From: Blochmannia endosymbiont of Camponotus modoc
GTDB lineage: Bacteria; Pseudomonadota; Gammaproteobacteria; Enterobacterales; Enterobacteriaceae
NCBI RefSeq assembly: GCF_023585785.1
Contig: NZ_CP097765.1
Coordinates: 150,001 to 182,000 of the forward strand
Length of the DNA stretch: 32,000 nt
Reading direction: 5' to 3'
Shown: piece after piece, positions 21,201 to 32,000 of the stretch
Numbering within the stretch: position 1 is the stretch's first letter
How the letters are laid out: every line of letters starts with the position of its first letter
Notes under the pieces: model-generated
The model's database searches: none
Told to the model about the DNA's origin: nothing
The model's input: only the letters and a program-made list of their open reading frames with translations
Position numbers and translations under genes: made by a program

Positions 21201-21728
21201 TTATTTATATATTAATACAACACGTCTATTTTTAGAGTAAGCTTCTTCGTTTTGTCCTAATACAGCTGGTTTTTCCTTACCATAAGATATAGTTAACATT
21301 TGTTCAGATAATGCACCTTTACTTTGGAGGTACGATTTTACAGAGTTAGCTCGACGTTCACCCAATGCAATATTGTATTCCGGAGTACCACGTTCATCAG
21401 CATGACCTTCAATTTTAATATGTTGCAATGGATTATTATATAAAAAATTGGCATGGATGTTTAATGAGTAAAAAAAATTAGAAGGAATGTCATATTGATC
21501 TAAAGGAAAATAAATAACATTGTTGGATTTTAATTCTTGTGTTTTTAATTGTACTTGTTCATCGACTACTCTATTATTTTTTGTACTAGTATGTTTAAAA
21601 TGATTTAATTCAACATTTTTTTGATTAGGAGTAGTATTATCGTACTGAGATAATGAAGAACATGCAGTTATTACCACGCTCACACTTATCGCGAATATTA
21701 ATTGTTCAAAAAAATTGTTTGGTTTCAT
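21201..21728 (-). CDS. pal: Peptidoglycan-associated lipoprotein
   Basis: Lipobox-like [71 protein letters not shown] (OmpA-like domain). Confidence 0.96.
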   Translation of the reverse strand: MKPNNFFEQLIFAISVSVVITACSSLSQYDNTTPNQKNVELNHFKHTSTKNNRVVDEQVQLKTQELKSNNVIYFPLDQYDIPSNFFYSLNIHANFLYNNPLQHIKIEGHADERGTPEYNIALGERRANSVKSYLQSKGALSEQMLTISYGKEKPAVLGQNEEAYSKNRRVVLIYK

Positions 21729-21787
21729 TTATATATCCATTGTTCATTATTTTTAAAATGTTAATTGTAATGAAAATAGCTATTATC

Positions 21788-23149
21788 TTATTCTAAATGT
21801 AATGGAGACCAAGTTGGAAATCTTACATCTCCTTGATTTCCTTGTATATGAGCTTTAAAATGGCCATCAATAGAGATTAATTCTAAATTGGATGTTGTTG
21901 TTAAATCCTTATTAATACTACTGTATAGTACCATAGTATTATTGGGAGCTATACTAGGAGTATCAGCTAACAGTGTATCTGTTAATATTTCTTCTTGTCC
22001 AGTTAATAAATTTAATTTAGCAATATTTTGTTTTCCTTGATGTCTATTAACCATGATTATAAATGTCCCATCTGAACTAACATTTGGATTTTGATTACTA
22101 GTATGTAGCCAAGATAATCTTTGAATTTCAGTAGTTTTAATATTAATTTTATATATTTGTGGACTGCCTCCTTGGTCTGAAGTATAGGCTATATTTTGAT
22201 TATCCGGAAACCAACTAGGTTCGGTATTATTGTTTCTATTTTTAGTTAATTGTTTAATTTCTCCAGATTCTAAATCCATAATATATAAATTTAAACTACC
22301 TGTTTTGGATAAAGAAAAGGCTAGTTTTTTGCAGTCGGGAGAAAAAGCAGGGGCACCATTATGGCGCGGGAAACTAACAATATTATTAACTAATCCAGTG
22401 TTCAATGCTTGAATAACAAGTTCTGAATGGCCGGAGGCAAAGGTAACATAAGCAATTTTTTTTCCGTCTGGAGACCAAGCTGGAGACATTAACGGTTCTG
22501 TCGATCGGCAAATTGAAATTTGATTATGACCATCGTAATCAGAAATATATAACTCATAAGGATATTGATCATTATGAATGCGCAAAACATAAGCAATACG
22601 TGTACAAAATGCACCTTTTATACCGGTTAACTTTTCAAAAATTTCATTGCTTATAGAATGGGCTACATAACGTAGCCATTTTTTTTCCACTGAATATTGA
22701 TTTTCTGATATTATTAACGGAGGGTTGCTAGAAGTATCTATTAAATGATATGAAATAATATAACTTTCATCGTAGTTTATATGTATTGTTCCTAACACAA
22801 TAATGTTAATACCCAGTTTCTCCCAAAAAGTTGGGATGACATCGGATACTTTAGTAGGTTTATGTGGTAAATATTCTACGGGAATAGTATTGAATTTGCT
22901 GCTATTCCGTAAGTCAGCAGCTATTATTGATGCTATATCTTCAATTGATATTGATTTGTTATACTGATTACTAATACATGTAAAAGGTATTACAGCAATG
23001 GGGTGTGCAGCATTTACTCCGCATGTAATTTCGATATGCATATCTGCAAGTAGCGCAGGTTTCCATAAAAATATAATTAACACTATTGACAAAGATATTT
23101 TTTGCAACCAATGTGGTAGTTTATGAGTTTTTCTAATTATTAAATACAT
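21788..23149 (-). CDS. tolB: Tol-Pal system beta-propeller protein TolB
   Basis: [117 protein letters not shown]. Confidence 0.95.
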   Translation of the reverse strand: MYLIIRKTHKLPHWLQKISLSIVLIIFLWKPALLADMHIEITCGVNAAHPIAVIPFTCISNQYNKSISIEDIASIIAADLRNSSKFNTIPVEYLPHKPTKVSDVIPTFWEKLGINIIVLGTIHINYDESYIISYHLIDTSSNPPLIISENQYSVEKKWLRYVAHSISNEIFEKLTGIKGAFCTRIAYVLRIHNDQYPYELYISDYDGHNQISICRSTEPLMSPAWSPDGKKIAYVTFASGHSELVIQALNTGLVNNIVSFPRHNGAPAFSPDCKKLAFSLSKTGSLNLYIMDLESGEIKQLTKNRNNNTEPSWFPDNQNIAYTSDQGGSPQIYKINIKTTEIQRLSWLHTSNQNPNVSSDGTFIIMVNRHQGKQNIAKLNLLTGQEEILTDTLLADTPSIAPNNTMVLYSSINKDLTTTSNLELISIDGHFKAHIQGNQGDVRFPTWSPLHLE

Positions 23150-23226
23150 GCGAATTTTATAATGAAAGTAGATTATTTAATGGACCAATATATTATTATT
23201 ATTTTTTAAATGTGTAAATATTTTGT

Positions 23227-23982
23227 TTATTGAGGAGAAAAATTTAATATTGTGTTTTTAAATATTTCGTAAACATCTGAATTTGGTGGTTTAGGAATTT
23301 TTGCTAATTTAGCGGCGATAATTGCTGCTTGGCATAGATCGTAATCTCCAGATATAGCGGTTACTGATAATAACGTGCCGTCAGGTGCTAATTTGATGCG
23401 TAGATTGCATTGTTTACCAACATAATGCGAAAAATTATAAAATTTTTGTTGTATTGATTCACTGATCATACGCTTATATATATTAATTTCGTTATTTTTA
23501 ATAATTTCATTTGAAATATTATTTTCATTATCATTTTTTTTTGTTGTCAAGTTTAATTTAAATTCTTTGTTATTTTCTATAGATTTTTTTTTATTAATTA
23601 ATGTATTCAGTAAATTACTGAGTTCATTAGAGTCATGAGATTGATAATTTAATGTATCATGTATTAGTATATTTTTTTCTACAGTATTCTGATTTTTCTT
23701 TTTAAGGGTGTTAGGTAACGTTGGTCCTGCCAATGGATGTTGTGTTTCTGTTATTTTGAATCGATTTGATTGATCTTGTGTGTTGTTGTTTTTTTCTGTT
23801 TCCGGGTTAGAGTTATGAATAAAGGTATTAATTGAATTTTTGTTATTAGCTATTTTAGTAGTGTATTGTTGTTGTTTTTTTATTATGTGTTTATATAGCA
23901 ACAAAGCAACGATCACATGTACAATGATTGATATCATAACAGCAGATCTAAATTTTTTGTAATATCTACTAAATAAATTCAA
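23227..23982 (-). CDS. tolA: Tol-Pal system protein TolA, shortened (251 aa) with reduced central domain
   Basis: N-terminal TM segment (AVMISIIVHVIVALLLY) and C-terminal domain MISESIQQKFYNFSHYVGKQCNLRIKLAPDGTLLSVTAISGDYDLCQAAIIAAKLAKIPKPPNSDVYEIFKNTILNF; flanked by tolB and tolR. Confidence 0.92.
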   Translation of the reverse strand: MNLFSRYYKKFRSAVMISIIVHVIVALLLYKHIIKKQQQYTTKIANNKNSINTFIHNSNPETEKNNNTQDQSNRFKITETQHPLAGPTLPNTLKKKNQNTVEKNILIHDTLNYQSHDSNELSNLLNTLINKKKSIENNKEFKLNLTTKKNDNENNISNEIIKNNEINIYKRMISESIQQKFYNFSHYVGKQCNLRIKLAPDGTLLSVTAISGDYDLCQAAIIAAKLAKIPKPPNSDVYEIFKNTILNFSPQ

Positions 23983-24021
23983 TAATTATCATCCAAGTTA
24001 TGCAAGAATATCGTTCTGTAT

Positions 24022-24447
24022 TCAAACAGAAGGATTTGTTATCATTCCAATTGAATGTATACCGATGCGATTTAATAAATTCAATACTTTAATTATTTCG
24101 TCGTATTCTACAGTTTTTGAAGCTGCGATCAGACACATTATATTAGGAGCGATGTGTGTTTGATGACTTATTTCTGATGAAATTTGGTCTAAACGCACTT
24201 TTTCTACATGTTTATTATTAATAATGAGATTATAAAATCCCATTCCTAAAATTTCAATAGTAATTATAAGTTTTTCATTGTTAATAATATTTGGTGTTGC
24301 TGGACTATTTGGAAGATTTACTTCAAAGCTTTGTATCCATTTAGATGGCATCAACATAAAGATCATTAAAAGAACTAATAATATATCTAAAAACGGTATG
24401 ATATTAATATCAGACTTAATCGTGTTTCTGATACGCTTTCTCTTCAT
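24022..24447 (-). CDS. tolR: Tol-Pal system protein TolR
   Basis: IKSDINIIPFLDILLVLLMIFMLMPSKWIQSFEVNLP; overlaps tolQ by 32 nt. Confidence 0.93.
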   Translation of the reverse strand: MKRKRIRNTIKSDINIIPFLDILLVLLMIFMLMPSKWIQSFEVNLPNSPATPNIINNEKLIITIEILGMGFYNLIINNKHVEKVRLDQISSEISHQTHIAPNIMCLIAASKTVEYDEIIKVLNLLNRIGIHSIGMITNPSV

Positions 24448-25162
24448 ATTGATTTTCCTTATTTAACGCAGAATCAATATTAAAAAAAATCTGATGATAT
24501 AGAATCGTAATAAATTCTTCTATAAAGTTGTTATAATCTTGATCCATATTGTTTATTTGTGCAGTTAAGTAATTAAATGCTATAACCGCTGGAATCGCTA
24601 CAAATAAGCCAATTGCTGTAGAAATTAATGATTCAGCAATACCTGGTGCAATAATTTGTATATGAATCATCTGATTGGCAACATTGTTAGTCGTTGTTTT
24701 ACCTAGTTCTATAAAAACGTGTATAATCCCTAATACAGTTCCAAATAAGCCAAGATATGGACTAATGGATCCAATTGTACCTATTAGTGGAATATAATCT
24801 TCTAACGATTTTAACTCTATATTTATTGCAGTATGCATATTATCCAGTGTTCTAGACATCATTGTTTCAGGTGAACAATGTTTTGTTTGATATAACTTAG
24901 AAAATTCTTTAAATCCTACATAAAAAATTTGTTCAGCCCCATTTAATTTATTACGACGAGCTGCAGCTTTTTGATATAAACTAGATAAATCTATTCCAGA
25001 CCAAAATTCGTTTTCAAATACTTTTAATTTTCGCTGTGCTGCACTTAGCACGAAGATACGATGAAAGATAATACTCCAAGATAAAACGGAAAATCCAATT
25101 AATACAAATATACTAATTTGTACTAAAATATTAATTTCTAAAAATAAGTCAAAAATATTCAT
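24416..25162 (-). CDS. tolQ: Tol-Pal system protein TolQ
   Basis: SWSIIFHR, LIGTIGSISPYLGLFGTVLGIIHVF, APGIAESLISTAIGLFVAIPAVIAFNYL (MotA/TolQ/ExbB family). Confidence 0.95.
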   Translation of the reverse strand: MNIFDLFLEINILVQISIFVLIGFSVLSWSIIFHRIFVLSAAQRKLKVFENEFWSGIDLSSLYQKAAARRNKLNGAEQIFYVGFKEFSKLYQTKHCSPETMMSRTLDNMHTAINIELKSLEDYIPLIGTIGSISPYLGLFGTVLGIIHVFIELGKTTTNNVANQMIHIQIIAPGIAESLISTAIGLFVAIPAVIAFNYLTAQINNMDQDYNNFIEEFITILYHQIFFNIDSALNKENQYEEKAYQKHD

Positions 25163-25511
25163 ACCAATTAATTTAAATTTAAATATTGTATAAGGGGAAT
25201 AACAATATGATTGTCATAGATAATCTTTATTATTACGAAAGTAATTTAATTCCTAAGATAACATAATCGTACACACATAACAGTTAATAAAAGATAATTC
25301 TTATAAAATAATCTGTTAAATAACATGTAGTTTTTAAAAAATATATTATAGTAAAATATGACTCAATTTTATCTAAAAAGTGAAATAAGATAAAATAAAA
25401 AGCGATTATATTATCCATCTGGATATAATAAAAACAACACTAATCATGTCTCACTTACTATTAATATTAATGTTAATGTGCAGGTATATGCGTATATGTT
25501 GTTTATATATA

Positions 25512-26396
25512 TTATGTGTATTGTTGTTTATCAATGGATTTAATAAATTGACCAATGTTAACAAAGTTATCTACGATATGTACTCCTGATTTGGATAAAA
25601 TCTCGTATTTTTCATGAGCGGTACTACCAATTCCAGAAATAATAGCGCCTGCGTGTCCCATACGTTTCCCTTTAGGAGCAGTAGTTCCAGCAATATATGC
25701 AATCACTGGTTTCTTAATATATTTATTAATATATGTTGCTGCTTTTTCTTCAGATCTACCTCCTATTTCACCAATCATTACCATTAATGATGTTTGAGGG
25801 TCTTGTTCAAATAATGATAATATATCAATAAAATCAGAACCAAGTATCGGGTCACCTCCAATGCCGACGCATGTGGACTGACCTAATCCCAGGTCAGTTG
25901 TTTGTTTTACTACTTCATATGTTAAGGTACCTGATCTGGATATAATTCCTACGCAACCTGGGTTATAGATATCACTTGGCATGATTCCAAGTTTACACTG
26001 GCTTGGAGTCATGATTCCTGGACAATTTGGTCCAATCATCATACATGTGTTATGTTTTTTTAATTGTTGTTTTATTAATAACATGTCCAATATTGGAATC
26101 CCCTCGGTAATACAAACAATTAATTTAATACCGGCATGAATTGATTCTAAAATTGCATCCTTACAGAAAGGAGCGGGTACATAAACAATAGAAGTCGTCG
26201 CATTAGTGCTATTTATTGCCTCACCAACAGTGTTAAATATTGGCAATCCAAGATGGGTGCTTCCCCCTTTTCCAGGGGTAACTCCGCCTACTATTTTAGT
26301 ACCATAGTTTAATGCTTGTTGAGAATGAAAACTGGCGTGCTTACCAGTCAGTCCTTGACAAATTATTTTTGTATCTTTGTTAACTAAAATTGACAT
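25512..26396 (-). CDS. sucD: Succinyl-CoA synthetase alpha subunit
   Basis: [89 protein letters not shown] (active-site His). Confidence 0.97.
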   Translation of the reverse strand: MSILVNKDTKIICQGLTGKHASFHSQQALNYGTKIVGGVTPGKGGSTHLGLPIFNTVGEAINSTNATTSIVYVPAPFCKDAILESIHAGIKLIVCITEGIPILDMLLIKQQLKKHNTCMMIGPNCPGIMTPSQCKLGIMPSDIYNPGCVGIISRSGTLTYEVVKQTTDLGLGQSTCVGIGGDPILGSDFIDILSLFEQDPQTSLMVMIGEIGGRSEEKAATYINKYIKKPVIAYIAGTTAPKGKRMGHAGAIISGIGSTAHEKYEILSKSGVHIVDNFVNIGQFIKSIDKQQYT

Positions 26397-27555
26397 TTTT
26401 TAATTTCACCGCAGTTACAATTTGTTGAATTGCATAAATTAAATTATCGGTAACAATAATATTGAGTTTGCTATTAATTAATCGATTAGAACCTAATGTA
26501 GAATTATTTCCTTCTAACCGAGCCACGATAGGAATATGTTTTGTGGTATATCTGGACAATGCAGTTATGATGCATTCAGCAACTAAATCACAGCATACAA
26601 TTCCTCCAAAAATATTTACAAGTATCGCTTGCACTTTAGCATCTTTTAAAATCATATTAAAAGATGATATTATGCATTCTTTATTAGCGCCCCCCCCGAT
26701 GTCTAAAAAATTAGCAGGAATCCCTCCCAATGATTTAATTACATCCATAGTAGCCATCGCTAATCCAGCGCCATTGACCATACAGCCAATATTTCCCTCT
26801 AAGGGAATGTAATTGATACAATTCAGTATATCGATTGGTTTATTTATCGAGCATATATTTAATAATTCTGATTGTCTAAATATAGCATTATGATCTACAA
26901 TCATTTTGGCATCTAAACAACAAAAACGATCATCATCAGTAATAGCTAATGGATTAATTTCAATTAACGTTAGGTCATTTTCCAGCAGCATGCGTGTTAT
27001 GCTGACAACAATTCTGGAAAATTGATTTATTTTACCTCCAGATAAACCTAATTTACATGCTAATACCCGTCCTTGATAAGGATATATTCCGACTGAAGGA
27101 TTTATGACAATTTTATGGATAAAATTAGATGTTTTTTGTTCTGTAATTTCAATGTTCATACCACCTTGCGTAGAAGCCATACATATTATTTGGGATTCAT
27201 CTCTATCAATTGATATGCTTAAATAAAATTCTTGAACAATTTTCACAGCTGGTTCTATTAAAATAGAAGTCACTAATTCCCCGGTATCGGTAGTTTGATA
27301 TGTTATCAATCTATTACCAAGCCATTTATTAGCAAAAGATAATATATTTTTCGTGGAGTGTACAATACACACTCCTCCTGATTTCCCGCGTCCTCCTGCT
27401 TGCACTTGACATTTTACTACCCATGGGCCATGACCTATGCTATTCGATACAATATAATGCTCTATATCATTTAAAGTAACACACACACAACCTGTCAAAA
27501 CAGGTAAATTGTATTTTGCCATTAATTTTTTTGCTTGATATTCATATAAGTTCAT
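26380..27555 (-). CDS. sucC: Succinyl-CoA synthetase beta subunit
   Basis: [78 protein letters not shown]; overlaps sucD by 17 nt. Confidence 0.97.
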   Translation of the reverse strand: MNLYEYQAKKLMAKYNLPVLTGCVCVTLNDIEHYIVSNSIGHGPWVVKCQVQAGGRGKSGGVCIVHSTKNILSFANKWLGNRLITYQTTDTGELVTSILIEPAVKIVQEFYLSISIDRDESQIICMASTQGGMNIEITEQKTSNFIHKIVINPSVGIYPYQGRVLACKLGLSGGKINQFSRIVVSITRMLLENDLTLIEINPLAITDDDRFCCLDAKMIVDHNAIFRQSELLNICSINKPIDILNCINYIPLEGNIGCMVNGAGLAMATMDVIKSLGGIPANFLDIGGGANKECIISSFNMILKDAKVQAILVNIFGGIVCCDLVAECIITALSRYTTKHIPIVARLEGNNSTLGSNRLINSKLNIIVTDNLIYAIQQIVTAVKLKNVNFS

Positions 27556-27670
27556 AATATGTGATCGTACGTATTGTGATTGCTTAAGATTAAGATAATA
27601 ATTTAGTTAATATAACGTATTAATTTATTAAAATATAAGAATATAAAAAGTATTTATATAGGTTGTATTA

Positions 27671-28915
27671 TTATATTTCTAAAAACAAGCGTGTTGGATC
27701 TTCTAACAACTCTTTAATGTATACTAGAAATCTTACCGAATCTTTTCCATCTATTAATCTATGATCATATGATAATGCTAAATACATCATAGGTAATATT
27801 GCTATCTGTCCATCTTGAGCTATGGGTCGGTCCTTTATTGCATGCATACCAAGAATTGCGCTTTGTGGAGGATTAATAATAGGAGTAGACATTAATGATC
27901 CAAAAACTCCACCGTTAGTAATGGTAAAATTACCTCCGCTTAATTCTTCAATCGTTAGTTTTCCGTCTCTCCCTTTTTCAGCTAAATATTTTATATTTTT
28001 TTCTATATCGGACATGCTTAATGTATCGACATCTCGTAATACTGGGGTAATTAAACCACGTACTGTAGATACTGCAATACTTATATCAAAATAATGATAA
28101 TATACAATTTCTTCTCCATCAATGGATGCATTAATTTCAGGAAAATGTCTCAAACCTTCTAAAACTGCTTTTACATAAAAAGACATGATTCCTAATGTAA
28201 TTCCATAACGTTTTTCAAATAATTCTCCATATTTTTTTCGCAGTTTTATGATGGGTTGCATGTTTACTTCATTAAAAGTAGTTAACATAGCTGTAGTATT
28301 AGTAACAGCTAATAGGCGTTCTGAGATTTTTTTTCGTAATCGATTCATTATAATACGTGTTTCTTTGCGATCGTTTTTCGTATTTTTTATGTGACGATGC
28401 GCTATATTTTCATTATTTTGTTGATCAGTATCATGTAATTTTTTTTCGGAATGAATATGTGACTCTATATCTTGACGAGTTAGACGTCCTTTTATCCCAC
28501 TTCCTTGAATATTTTTTAGCTGTAAATTATGCTCTGTTATTAATTTGCGAATAGACGGAGTTAAAATGTTATGATTTTCGTTATCTCGAGTGAGAATATG
28601 TTCTTGAGATGCTATTGATGTAATAGATTTTTGATCTTGAAATATTTTTTTTGTATCTTTTTGAGAAACGATATGATCAATATTTAGACGTCCTAAAATT
28701 TGTCCGGATACTACTGTTGATCCCTCTTGTTCTGAAATTGATTCTAAAATTCCTGTGCTTGGCGCAGGAACTTCTAACATAATTTTGTCTGTTTCTATTT
28801 CCAGTAAAATATCATCTTGTTTAACCGTATCTCCTGATTTTTTATGCCAAACAGCAACAGTAGCGTCTGCAACTGACTCGGGTAAATTCGGAACCACAAT
28901 GTCAATACTACTCAT
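27671..28915 (-). CDS. sucB: Dihydrolipoyl succinyltransferase (E2 of 2-oxoglutarate dehydrogenase)
   Basis: Lipoyl motif [14 protein letters not shown], peripheral subunit-binding segment [34 protein letters not shown], catalytic [11 protein letters not shown]. Confidence 0.97.
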   Translation of the reverse strand: MSSIDIVVPNLPESVADATVAVWHKKSGDTVKQDDILLEIETDKIMLEVPAPSTGILESISEQEGSTVVSGQILGRLNIDHIVSQKDTKKIFQDQKSITSIASQEHILTRDNENHNILTPSIRKLITEHNLQLKNIQGSGIKGRLTRQDIESHIHSEKKLHDTDQQNNENIAHRHIKNTKNDRKETRIIMNRLRKKISERLLAVTNTTAMLTTFNEVNMQPIIKLRKKYGELFEKRYGITLGIMSFYVKAVLEGLRHFPEINASIDGEEIVYYHYFDISIAVSTVRGLITPVLRDVDTLSMSDIEKNIKYLAEKGRDGKLTIEELSGGNFTITNGGVFGSLMSTPIINPPQSAILGMHAIKDRPIAQDGQIAILPMMYLALSYDHRLIDGKDSVRFLVYIKELLEDPTRLFLEI

Positions 28916-28938
28916 TTTCTATCCTTTTTAAAAAAAAA

Positions 28939-31803
28939 TTAACTTAGATTTAATGCATCGTCAATTAATTTTTTTTGTTGTTGTTGATGTACTGAAAAAT
29001 ATCCTACTGCAGGTGCAGCAGCATCAGGACGTCCTATATAATTTAATGTAACATTTTCAGATATTATGTTATGAAAACAATGTTGTATGTAATACCAAGC
29101 ACCTTGATTTTTAGGTTCTTCTTGACACCAAGTAAAATCTTGTACATTTGAATAAGAAGCTAAAATAGCTTGTATATTTTTATAAGGAAAAGGATATAGT
29201 TGTTCAATGCGAATAATAGCTATGTTATATTGTTCGTTTTTACGTCGTTGAATTAATAAATCATAATATACCTTTCCAGAGCATATTATCACACGTTTGA
29301 TTTTATTTGAAAGGATATTATCATCTATTTCATTAAAGACCGTTTTAAATGATCCATATGCTAAATCTTCTAATGAAGTAGTTACCATGGGATGTCTTAA
29401 TAGAGATTTTGGTGATATAATAATTAGTGGTTTTTTACAATTAATATCACATGTTGCTTGTTGGCGTAATATATGGTACATTTGGTCTGGGGTGGAAGGC
29501 ACACAAACGTATATATTATGTTCAGCGCACAATTGTAAATATCGTTCCATACGAGAAGAAGAATGTTCCGGGCCTTGTCCTTCATATCCGTGAGGTAAAA
29601 GCATTACTAAACCGCATAATTGGCCCCATTTTTGCTCACTGGAACTAATGAATTGATCGATGACAATTTGCGCTCCATTAGAAAAATCTCCAAATTGCGC
29701 TTCCCAAATAATTAGCATATTATTTGCCAAACTGGCGTAACCATACTCAAATGCTAAAGCTGCCTCTTCGGATAACACTGAATCCCAAATAAAAAGAGAC
29801 CCTTTTTTATTTTCTTTTTTATTATTAATAAGGTGTATTAAAGGGATATATTTTGTACCATTATTTTGATCATGTATCACAGCATGTCTATGAAAAAAAG
29901 TTCCTCGAGCAGCGTCTTCTCCAGATAAACGAATAGAAATTCCTTGATCTAATAAAGTAGCGTATGCTAGCACTTCTGCTGCTCCCCAATCAAACAATCT
30001 ATTACCTAAAGCCATCTCTATTCTTTCATGATAAATTTTTTTTACTCTAGAGTGCATAGCGACACTCGATGGAATATCATTGATACGATAGGCTAAATTT
30101 TTTAAGTATTGGGTGTTTATTTTGTTAGAATGCAGAATGTTTTTATTTTTGTTTAAGCTATTTGTATGTAAAGAAGCGCGAATATGCACCGGTTTCCATT
30201 TATTCAGAACACAACATTTTTTTTCTAATTTTTCACGATATGTATTAATCATTTGAGAAATTTCATTTTTCTTTATAATTCCATTTTTATTTAAAAAATC
30301 AGAATAAATATTAAGTAATGTTGGATGATTACGAATTTTTTTATACATCAGAGGTTGAGTAACACTTGGTTCGTCAGCTTCATTGTGTCCGTGTCTACGA
30401 TAACATACTAGATCAATTATTACATCACGTTTAAACACACTGCGAAAATTTAATGCGGAGCGAGTAACATAAACAACTGCATCTACATTATCTGCGTTAA
30501 CATGGAATATAGGGGCTTGTATCATTTTTGCGATATCTGTACAATGTTGAGTAGAACGAATGTCGTGGATATTTGATGTTGTAAATCCTACTTGATTATT
30601 AATAATAATATGTACTGTGCCTCCTACATCATAAGCACGAGTTTTAGACATGTTAAAAGTTTCTTGAACGATGCCTTGAGCACTAATTGCTGCGTCTCCA
30701 TGTATTGTAATTGGGAGCACGATATTGCATTTTTTTTCGTCATGATGAATCGATTCTTTAAGCAACTGATCAATCCGCGCTCGAGTACATCCCATGACTA
30801 CTGGGCTAACAATTTCTAGATGAGAAGGGTTACATAATAGAGATAAATGTATGATCTCTCCATTAACTGTAACATCTGAATAAAATCCTTGATGATATTT
30901 CACGTCGCCACTACTGCAAGTAGCATGGTGTTTATTGGAAAATTCATCAAATAAATCTTGAGGATTTTTACCTAAAATATTAATCAATACATTTAGACGA
31001 CCACGGTGAGCCATACCTAAAAATATTTCTTTAATATTATGATGACAAGCAGAGTAACGTATAATTTCTTTTAGCATAGGGATTAAAACATCACCCCCTT
31101 CTAATGAAAATCTTTTAACTCCTGGAAATTTTATTCCTAAATAACGCTCTATTCCTTCTGCCGAAACAATTTCTTGCAGAAATTGTTTTTTCTCTTCACC
31201 ATGAAAGTTCAGCATTCCTACTGTGGATTCAAAATGATTTTGAATCCACAGTATTATATTTATATCAAGAATATGCATATACTCAATGCCTATAGGACCA
31301 CAATAAGTTTTTTTAAGAAATTCATATATTTCTAACAAGGTCATTGATTCTTTGTTGATTCCAAAATGGGTTATATCAAATTTTCTTTGAAGATTTTTTA
31401 AAACGAAATTATAACTCTCTAAGTCTAAAAGATAATTTTTGTATTCACTGTTCCGTAATTGTAAAGGATCCAATGCGGCGCATTGGTGTCCATATATTCT
31501 GAAAGAATTTATTAATTGTAATATTTGTATATAAGTAATATTGCTACAATTATTAGCTTGTGCATGTGAATCATGAGATGCAATGTTGTATTGTAATTTA
31601 GAACACGTGTTATTTTTTAAATTATCAGAATATTGATCGTTATAATTGTTTTCAACAGATAATTGTTTAAACACTTCAATCCAACTAGAATCGATGGAAT
31701 TGGGATTTTTTAAAAAATCCTTATAAATTTGTTCTATATAAGATTGATTATTTTTTGATAAATAAGAAGAATTTAACCAATTTTTCAGTGTGTCACTATA
31801 CAT
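28939..31803 (-). CDS. sucA: 2-oxoglutarate dehydrogenase E1 component
   Basis: [136 protein letters not shown]. Confidence 0.98.
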   Translation of the reverse strand: [954 protein letters not shown]

Positions 31804-32000
31804 TCTAAAATCCTTGTATTTTATTACATTTATTTTTTAAAATACTCGACATTAAGTAATTAGTTTAATAAAGTATTTGCTATATTATAAGTAATTGGTT
31901 TTCAATGTTATTAGCTACTGTAATCATGCATAGATATATATTTCATTTTATTTGGATTGTTATTTGTACATTATGTTAAATTGTGCTTTATAATTATTGT

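Noticed and set aside
20881-24466. Plus-strand ORFs at 20881-21063, 22230-22412 and 24278-24466 in the tol-pal cluster
   Set aside because: All are antisense to cpoB, tolB and tolR/tolQ respectively, with no family resemblance.
26462-30819. Plus-strand ORFs at 26462-26812, 27822-28094, 28357-28554, 29297-29593, 29451-29648 and 30592-30819
   Set aside because: All lie antisense to sucC, sucB or sucA. The longest (116 aa) mirrors a highly conserved sucC region.
1-32000. Possible defence system, mobile element, CRISPR array, biosynthetic cluster or other novel multi-gene system
   Set aside because: All substantial ORFs match conserved housekeeping families, and I saw no regularly spaced repeats, transposase or integrase motifs, or unassigned multi-gene operon.

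Overview
The window is an AT-rich, gene-sparse segment of a reduced gammaproteobacterial (Enterobacterales) genome. Gene content and order look like an insect endosymbiont, most compatible with a Blochmannia-type genome, but I could not confirm the taxon. Three E. coli-like synteny blocks are present: (1) pheT(partial)-pheS-rplT-rpmI-infC-thrS on the minus strand; (2) kdsA, prmC, prfA on minus and lolB, ispE, prs, pth, ychF on plus; (3) ybhL and gpmA on minus, pgl on plus, then cpoB-pal-tolB-tolA-tolR-tolQ and sucD-sucC-sucB-sucA on minus. I found no rRNA, tRNA, CRISPR array, mobile element, defence system or biosynthetic cluster. The most notable signals are signs of relaxed aminoacyl-tRNA proofreading. 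The thrS reading frame keeps only the catalytic and anticodon-binding parts, and the DNA upstream carries decayed remnants of the editing domain. The PheT editing-domain motifs are also substituted. Other items: a non-canonical ATT start for infC, a perfect 54-bp palindrome built from two opposed terminator-like hairpins, a 16-bp perfect hairpin inside pgl, a strong terminator-like hairpin in the gap between pgl and cpoB, a shortened TolA, and several eroded intergenic gaps. I did not find a convincing new multi-gene system.
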